A DNA stretch of 64,000 nucleotides from Candidatus Aenigmatarchaeota archaeon (GTDB lineage: Archaea; Aenigmatarchaeota; Aenigmatarchaeia; QMZP01; QMZT01): positions 32,001-96,000 of the forward strand of contig JAPLVC010000003.1 of the NCBI GenBank assembly GCA_026397315.1, read 5' to 3'. Numbering within the stretch: position 1 is the stretch's first letter; the number at the start of each line of letters is the position of its first letter. Of this stretch, positions 58,603 through 64,000 are shown in pieces. The translations under genes and the position numbers were made by a program. Under the pieces are notes generated by a model, which did not search any database, was not told the origin of the DNA, and worked only from the letters and a program-made list of their open reading frames with translations.

Positions 58603-58933
58603 GGAAAAACCGACATGCAGTGGGAAATGTCAACGGCAAGAAAATCAATGTCAACGGAAAAAACCGACACACTGCGGGAAATGTCAACGGTCAATGTCAA
58701 CGGTTGCTCATCAAACTGTTGACAATGCCGTACGCGTCCTTTTCTCTCGCCCCGATCGGGAAGGAAATGAAAATATCGAGGCAGGTTATGTCCAAGTACA
58801 AAAAACGTTTGGCGCATATCGGTTTAATCAAAAGAATCCTGCCGAGCTGGCCCCCGATGTACCGGCTTACCGAGAAGGCCAAAAAGCTCAATGTCAACGA
58901 CTTCTCGTATAGTACGACCACCGTTGACATTGA
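58603..58933. repeat. iteron-like repeats and hairpin (putative origin)
   Basis: AATGTCAACGG at 58626, 58647, 58680, 58693; 12-bp IR 58888-58899/58922-58933. Confidence 0.85.
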
Positions 58934-59903
58934 CGAGAAAATCGGCATGGAGGACGTGTTCATCACAATCCCGATCGCCGACAAAACCGGCTCAAACCTG
59001 CCGGAAGGGTTCTGGGAAAAAATAAACCTGAAGCTGAACAACAACGTCCAGAAGCACGGCCACGTCAACCTGGGCGACTATACCTGCTCGATCAGGGAGA
59101 CCTCGAAGAGCGTGATCATCCAGCTGGGCCCGGTCAGGCTGCAGGACTTCAAGGACGCCATCCCGATCTACAACGAGCTCGTCATGCGCCTGTACCAGCT
59201 GCTCATCCAGTACAACTACTTCATCGACCCTTTCAAGGCTCGCTGCTCCGATCCTGAGTTCACGTATTCGAATGTTGTCACCAGGGAGAACGCCAAGGAA
59301 ATCACCGAGCCCAGAGTCACGGAGTATCTCGGATTTCCAAGAGAGAAGATGCTCCCGGGCGATCAGCCGGAAGAGACCTGGGTCAAGGGCGACAACAGCC
59401 CGGACACCGGCACGATCGAGTCCAACCACCGGCCGCTCGCCGCGGCCTGGCGCGCATTCCCGCTCGCCATTCACCAGCTGCTCCAGCTGCAGACCAGGCA
59501 GACCGAGATTATGGGGAAGTACGCGGCCGAGATTGAGGCTCACCTGGACACCTACGCGAAAGTCAACGTCGCCTTCGAGAAGAACAACGCGCTCACCGCG
59601 GACGTCGGCAGGATCGCGCAGGGCTTTACTTCGGCGCTCGATTCTTTCAAACAAGCCCTGAGTGAGGTCCGGACACCGGCTCCCCAAAAACGCTCTGTAG
59701 ATACAGTTCTGAGCGACCTGCAGGCCATGCAGCCATGGGAGAGGGTCAGGGTCAGGATAATCCAGAACATCAGGGATTTCACGTTTACGGACGAATCCGG
59801 AGCGTCCAGGAAGGTCGATCACCTGAAGGCCGGCTCGGAGATATATCTCGCTCGGGACCAGGCCATCGACGTGGTGACGTGGAAGGAGGCCGAGCTCGTA
59901 TGA
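58620..59903 (+). CDS. putative replication initiator: N-terminal wHTH, C-terminal GINS B-domain-like (start uncertain)
   Basis: LAPIGKEMKISRQVMSKYKKRLAHIGLI..YRLT wHTH; C-terminal VRVRIIQNIRDF...LKAGSEIYL...AELV. Confidence 0.65.
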   Translation: MGNVNGKKINVNGKNRHTAGNVNGQCQRLLIKLLTMPYASFSLAPIGKEMKISRQVMSKYKKRLAHIGLIKRILPSWPPMYRLTEKAKKLNVNDFSYSTTTVDIDEKIGMEDVFITIPIADKTGSNLPEGFWEKINLKLNNNVQKHGHVNLGDYTCSIRETSKSVIIQLGPVRLQDFKDAIPIYNELVMRLYQLLIQYNYFIDPFKARCSDPEFTYSNVVTRENAKEITEPRVTEYLGFPREKMLPGDQPEETWVKGDNSPDTGTIESNHRPLAAAWRAFPLAIHQLLQLQTRQTEIMGKYAAEIEAHLDTYAKVNVAFEKNNALTADVGRIAQGFTSALDSFKQALSEVRTPAPQKRSVDTVLSDLQAMQPWERVRVRIIQNIRDFTFTDESGASRKVDHLKAGSEIYLARDQAIDVVTWKEAELV

Positions 59904-60178
59904 CGGAAACACCAAAGGCGAAGATTTTGAAAATATGGAATAAAACATACTGCCCGAAGTGCGAGGGAAAATTCAGTGTTGATTGGTCCTGCTCAGATTG
60001 GGATGCTCATCACGACAAGCTGGCCGGCATCGCCATCTCCGAAATCCTATCAGCAGCCAGGAAAGTTGTCGAAGACGAAAGAGCCAGCCATTCGAAGGCC
60101 TGCAATAAACACTGCGATCTGCCGTTCTGGGACATCTTAGAAAAACTCGAAGCCCTGAAGGAGCCCGTGAAAAAATGA
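59900..60178 (+). CDS. hypothetical MGE protein with CPKC motif
   Basis: ATGA overlap, GGAGG RBS. Confidence 0.7.
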   Translation: MTETPKAKILKIWNKTYCPKCEGKFSVDWSCSDWDAHHDKLAGIAISEILSAARKVVEDERASHSKACNKHCDLPFWDILEKLEALKEPVKK

Positions 60179-60372
60179 AGTACGTGCCGCACATCCCGTT
60201 CGACCGGAAGCTGGTCCGGAAGTGTTCGAACGTCACCGGCACGGACCCGAAGATAATCATGAAGAACGTCGAGGCGATCCTCGAGGCCATCGGCGGAAAA
60301 AAGGAGAGCGACCTGCTCTTCACGTCCTGGGGAGTCCGGAGCAACAAGGAAATGGAGGCCGGAAAATGCTGA
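60175..60372 (+). CDS. hypothetical MGE protein
   Basis: ATGA overlap. Confidence 0.6.
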   Translation: MKYVPHIPFDRKLVRKCSNVTGTDPKIIMKNVEAILEAIGGKKESDLLFTSWGVRSNKEMEAGKC

Positions 60373-60521
60373 CAAGCGGGAAATTGCTATTTCCCGACTG
60401 TAAAGCCGGGTTTCAAGCGACAGATGCCGGTTTTCATCTGATGGAAGACCTGCCAGAAAGCATCCTGGAAGAAATTAATAGTAACTGAATATTCAGACGA
60501 ATATTAAGGAGTTGATGACGC

Positions 60522-61295
60522 ATGGAAGCCAGAGAGATTGAAAAATACCCGAAGCAGATCCTGGTCACTGTCGAGAACAGCGATGAGCTCGAGAAGCTGA
60601 CCGAATTGTGCGACGGGTCGCTTGAGCACGTCGAGGCCGAGATTGCATTTCCAAACGGCAAAGAGATAGAAGTCCCTTCCCCGGCGCCTCCCGAGAAAGA
60701 GAAGCGGCACTACAAAAAGCGCGAGCCGAAAAAGCCCGAGCAGGAACTCGTCGGCGTGAAGCTGCGGAACAAGGACAGGAAAAAGCTGCCCATCGCCGCG
60801 GCCGCGAAGCGTGAGCGCATAGAGAGGGCCAAGGAGCTCGTGCGCAACGGCATGGAGCCGCTCAAGGCATACAAGAAGGTTTGGGGAGAAGGCCGCGTGA
60901 GCGGAAGGGTCCTGGGCGAACTCAACAAGGAAACCGGAAAAGAAGGGAGGCCGCCCGAGGAGACGGCCTCCACGGTTGCGACACCCAGACACATGACCAG
61001 GAAAGAGAGGGACGTCCGCAAAGAGAAAAAGAACGGAAAGACTGCTGACGCATTCAAGATCGCGGCCGGCTTCCTCGAGGATAAGAAAGGAAACGCGGAC
61101 GGATTCGCGTTAGGATCCCTGCAGGAGCATCTTCAGATGAATGGAATTCCAGATTACGAGATTGGAAAGATATCGTCAGCCATGACCGACGCGGGAAGCG
61201 ATTTCATGAGAATGTTGTGGCACGATCACAGCGTCAAAATATCTACATTCAGAGGAGAGAACGGCAAGATGTTTTTGGCCGAGGAAGCATCATGA
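60522..61295 (+). CDS. basic hypothetical MGE protein
   Basis: 257 aa, Lys/Arg-rich, GGAG RBS. Confidence 0.75.
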   Translation: MEAREIEKYPKQILVTVENSDELEKLTELCDGSLEHVEAEIAFPNGKEIEVPSPAPPEKEKRHYKKREPKKPEQELVGVKLRNKDRKKLPIAAAAKRERIERAKELVRNGMEPLKAYKKVWGEGRVSGRVLGELNKETGKEGRPPEETASTVATPRHMTRKERDVRKEKKNGKTADAFKIAAGFLEDKKGNADGFALGSLQEHLQMNGIPDYEIGKISSAMTDAGSDFMRMLWHDHSVKISTFRGENGKMFLAEEAS

Positions 61296-61441
61296 AAAGA
61301 CTCAACATCGAATTCCTACCTCTCAATACATCGAAGTGGAAATGCAGGAGATGCGGCTGCACCGACGACAAGCCATGCAGGGACGTCTACGGAAAGCCCT
61401 GCAGCTGGGTGAAGCCCGATCTCTGCTCGGAGTGTGCCTAA
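61292..61441 (+). CDS. small zinc-finger protein, phage-like
   Basis: CRRCGCTDDKPC...CSWV..DLCSEC. Confidence 0.75.
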   Translation: MKRLNIEFLPLNTSKWKCRRCGCTDDKPCRDVYGKPCSWVKPDLCSECA

Positions 61442-61444
61442 ATT

Positions 61445-61705
61445 ATGCAGAAAGGAAGATGCGCGATGTGCGGACAGCAGGGAGTGATCGCCTGGTCCAC
61501 GAGTGACGAGAAGGCAGGGAAGCTCAGCGGACAGCCCATCCTGATCAGCCACGGAAAGGAGTATCACTGCCTCGGCTGCGCGTCGGAGCACTGCAGGGAA
61601 TGTTTTCTCAAGTCCGGAAGGTCGTACGGCGACCTCCGGGATTTATTGGTTTTGTCACCCCTTAAGGCCCGGGCGTCTTTCAGGAGCGGAGGTCTGCCAT
61701 CATGA
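61445..61705 (+). CDS. zinc-finger protein
   Basis: CAMC, CLGC, CREC. Confidence 0.6.
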   Translation: MQKGRCAMCGQQGVIAWSTSDEKAGKLSGQPILISHGKEYHCLGCASEHCRECFLKSGRSYGDLRDLLVLSPLKARASFRSGGLPS

Positions 61706-61863
61706 AGCTCCAGGAGACGAAAACGGGCCAGCTGACCGTGACAATACCTCGGCCGCTGGCCCGGGCCATGGGCCTGAAGAAAGGCGACGAGCTGCAGGTC
61801 GCAATCAACCAGCGCGGAAACCTGGAGATATCGAAATTGAAAAATCAGGAGAAGACTGAATAA
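61702..61863 (+). CDS. AbrB/MazE-like protein (53 aa, not in ORF track)
   Basis: MKLQETKTGQLTVTIPRPLARAMGLKKGDEL. Confidence 0.85.
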   Translation: MKLQETKTGQLTVTIPRPLARAMGLKKGDELQVAINQRGNLEISKLKNQEKTE

Positions 61864-61940
61864 CATGAATCTTAACTATTGCCCATTGTGCGACTGCCAT
61901 TACAGAAAAAAGCACAGGCATGTTTGAGGAGATGGTTTGA

Positions 61941-62342
61941 ATGAGAGTAATAGTCATTTGCAGCGAGAAGGAACTGAATCAGATGGAAATTATTCAGAGC
62001 GAGTTCAACGGAGTAATGCATAATTTCGTCAAGCGTGGCTTCAGCGGAAGGATAACGATTGAGAAGGCCGAACATCAGGACGTCCGAGATGCGGTTGAGG
62101 CGGAACTGGAAAACGCAAAAAAGAAATTTCCTTACTGGCCGGTCTGTGCTGTTCAGGCTGCCGCTGTCCCTTGTGAAGAGGCTGGCGAACTTCTTCAGGC
62201 ATCCCTTGAATTCACGTTTGAAAACGGCAACAAGGAAGCCATGCGAAAGGAAGCGCTGCACACTGCGGCCATGGCGATCAGATTTCTCGAGAGGTTTGAG
62301 ACTATAAAGAAAATTCCACCGAAGTCTATGGAGGACTCATGA
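61941..62342 (+). CDS. phage-type MazG-like (all-alpha NTP-PPase) protein
   Basis: AKKKFPYWP...EEAGELLQA...EALHTAAMAIRFL. Confidence 0.7.
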   Translation: MRVIVICSEKELNQMEIIQSEFNGVMHNFVKRGFSGRITIEKAEHQDVRDAVEAELENAKKKFPYWPVCAVQAAAVPCEEAGELLQASLEFTFENGNKEAMRKEALHTAAMAIRFLERFETIKKIPPKSMEDS

Positions 62343-62500
62343 AGCCCCAACCAAAACCAGCCTTCGAATACCAGGAAGACGTCAAGGATTTCACGGGCCT
62401 CATATTTCACTGCCCGGGCTGCGACGCCTGCTTCCACCTGCACATCGCGAAGGTCGAGCTGCTGCCGCTGCCAAAAACCAAAGTGAGGAATCGACTATGA
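62339..62500 (+). CDS. small protein with CPGC motif (53 aa)
   Basis: ATGA overlaps at both ends; GGAGG RBS. Confidence 0.6.
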   Translation: MKPQPKPAFEYQEDVKDFTGLIFHCPGCDACFHLHIAKVELLPLPKTKVRNRL

Positions 62501-62754
62501 AAAAAAAGGGTACAAATAAAAAAATTAGAACGGTCCTGGACATCGCAATGTTTGCCGTGAAATTTATTATAACCATGTCTTTATGGTTGTTGCTGGTTGC
62601 TGCATATAATCATGTCTGCGGAATTTACTGTGCAGCAGATCCTCCGATCTGCCCATGGATACGAGGCGTAATTTTTGCATACTGGCCGCTCGTAATATTG
62701 TTTATTTTTCGATACGCATTAAAGGATGACCATGAAATCAAAACCAAAAAGTAA
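62497..62754 (+). CDS. small membrane protein
   Basis: Two TMs. Confidence 0.6.
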   Translation: MKKKGTNKKIRTVLDIAMFAVKFIITMSLWLLLVAAYNHVCGIYCAADPPICPWIRGVIFAYWPLVILFIFRYALKDDHEIKTKK

Positions 62755-63268
62755 GGCCCAGAAAATCGCCCTGGCGGCTGGCGCGATCCTCGGGGTCGTT
62801 CTGCTGGTTGCCCTGGCGTCGATGACGTTCCAGGAATATTCTCTCGTCCAAGTCGTGCTCCTGGTATCTTTCGTCGCGCTCGCCGTGCAGGACGCCAGGA
62901 CCGGGAAGGTCAACATTCTCGTCCTGGTTCTCATGGCCGTCCTCGAGTGGATATTTCACCAGTACATTTTCATGCAGGTATTTTTCATGCCTTTCATGGT
63001 CCTCACTGCGATCTGGGGAATTGTTTATTTCATACAGAGAAAAGCCGTTTTTAAAAACCGCCTGCCTTTCGGCTTCGGCGACGTCGTCGCTGTCCCTCTC
63101 GCGATGACGCTGGCAGCCATACTCGCCGGCTTCTGGGGTCTCGTCCTTTTCGGAGCATTGACAGCCCTGGTGATATTGCCGGCCGTCCTGAAAAGGAAAA
63201 CCCTGAGGCTGGTCCCCTGGCTGCTCCCGGGCGTCCTGGCTGCTTTTGCCCTGGGATTTTTTCTATAA
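62732..63268 (+). CDS. prepilin peptidase-like (A24) membrane aspartic protease
   Basis: LAVQDARTGKVN (Asp1), PFGFGDV (GxGD), LVPWL tail. Confidence 0.75.
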   Translation: MKSKPKSKAQKIALAAGAILGVVLLVALASMTFQEYSLVQVVLLVSFVALAVQDARTGKVNILVLVLMAVLEWIFHQYIFMQVFFMPFMVLTAIWGIVYFIQRKAVFKNRLPFGFGDVVAVPLAMTLAAILAGFWGLVLFGALTALVILPAVLKRKTLRLVPWLLPGVLAAFALGFFL

Positions 63269-63516
63269 GATTTTTCACTTCTAAAATAAACAGCATCGGT
63301 CGAGATACTGACGAGCTCGTGCACGTCGCCGGCACCAGGCCTGCAGGATTCCGCAGCTGCTCCGCCGGCAACGCTCAGGAAGACCCGACCTTTACCTGTT
63401 TACAAAAGTCACTAAAAGTTACTTAAAGTAACCGATAAAAAAATATTCATGTCCCTTGAGAAAAGTAAAAACTGCGATGCAACGGATTGACCAGGGGGAC
63501 GGCCTCCCGGCATCAT

Positions 63517-64000
63517 TCACAACTTTCGATGAGCTGTTTTAGAGTCCTTCGAGATGTTTTCCATGATATCCCTGGTAGTATTAAGGTCCCTTTCCCGGTC
63601 CATGTACTGGGTATATTTCAGAGTCGTCTCGATCTTCTCGTGTCCCAGCATCCTCTGGACCAGCTGCAGATTACCTCCGGTCTTCTCGAGGAGCTTTGTC
63701 GCGAACACGCGACGGAAGTCATGCGATCCCGTGGACCTGCCCAGGACGGCCTCGCATGTTATTTTAAGTTTACGGTTGAAGATGTCGACTTTGCTCTCGA
63801 GGCTCGCCTTCGAGTTCGGCCAGAATATCGTCTCGTTGTCCAGGATGCCGTCGGCTTTCGCGGCCTTCTGCAGCTCCGCGCAGAAATCGAGCGGCAGTTT
63901 TGTGGGCCTTGGCTTTTTCTGCAGCCTGCCTTTTCCGTAAAGAATTACCCTGCCGGTCTTGAAGTCCACGTCTCTGAGCTTCACGCCCAGAGCCTCGTGT
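63517..64000 (-). CDS. tyrosine recombinase/integrase, C-terminal part (5' end outside window)
   Basis: GKG, SHDFRRVFAT (HxxR), LGHEKIETTLKY. Confidence 0.95.
   Translation of the reverse strand, partial: HEALGVKLRDVDFKTGRVILYGKGRLQKKPRPTKLPLDFCAELQKAAKADGILDNETIFWPNSKASLESKVDIFNRKLKITCEAVLGRSTGSHDFRRVFATKLLEKTGGNLQLVQRMLGHEKIETTLKYTQYMDRERDLNTTRDIMENISKDSKTAHRKL

Larger units (their letters stand above)
58490..64000. mobile_element. integrated virus- or plasmid-like element, continuing past window end; left boundary approximate
   Basis: Chain of short ORFs with ATGA overlaps (Zn fingers, AbrB, MazG-like), Rep-like gene with repeats, tyrosine integrase. Confidence 0.85.

Noticed and set aside
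58603-58703. Repeats as a mini CRISPR array
   Set aside because: Units are 11 bp with irregular 2-22 nt gaps and inverted copies; this fits iterons.

Overview
Archaeal chromosome segment. The gene set (uL16/L10e, SecY-uL15-uL30-uS5, L7Ae-S28e-L24e, aEF-1beta, Cdc48, RFC-L/S, Bud32, Trm56, class I CysRS), fragmented ribosomal operons, many orphan ORFs and multi-intron tRNAs suggest a DPANN-type archaeon (inference). It contains: (i) housekeeping genes interrupted by single AT-rich orphan ORFs; (ii) a partial group 4 [NiFe]-hydrogenase module; (iii) five host tRNA genes, three with BHB introns; (iv) an AT-rich ~6.9 kb island (about 24060-30929) with imperfect terminal inverted repeats, carrying a long ISH3-like transposase, an atypical tRNA-Gly-like gene and an N4C-MTase/MvaI-BcnI-type restriction-modification pair; (v) from about 58.5 kb, an integrated virus- or plasmid-like element with a wHTH protein ending in a GINS-B-like domain, iteron-like repeats, a prepilin peptidase and a tyrosine integrase cut by the window end. 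The top finding is the tRNA-Leu gene at 16587-16743. It has two tandem 7-nt anticodon mini-exons (GTTTAGG and GTTCAGG), and both splicing routes form BHB motifs at every junction, so one gene could yield tRNA-Leu(UAG) and tRNA-Leu(CAG) by mutually exclusive splicing. All calls are by eye; no searches were run.
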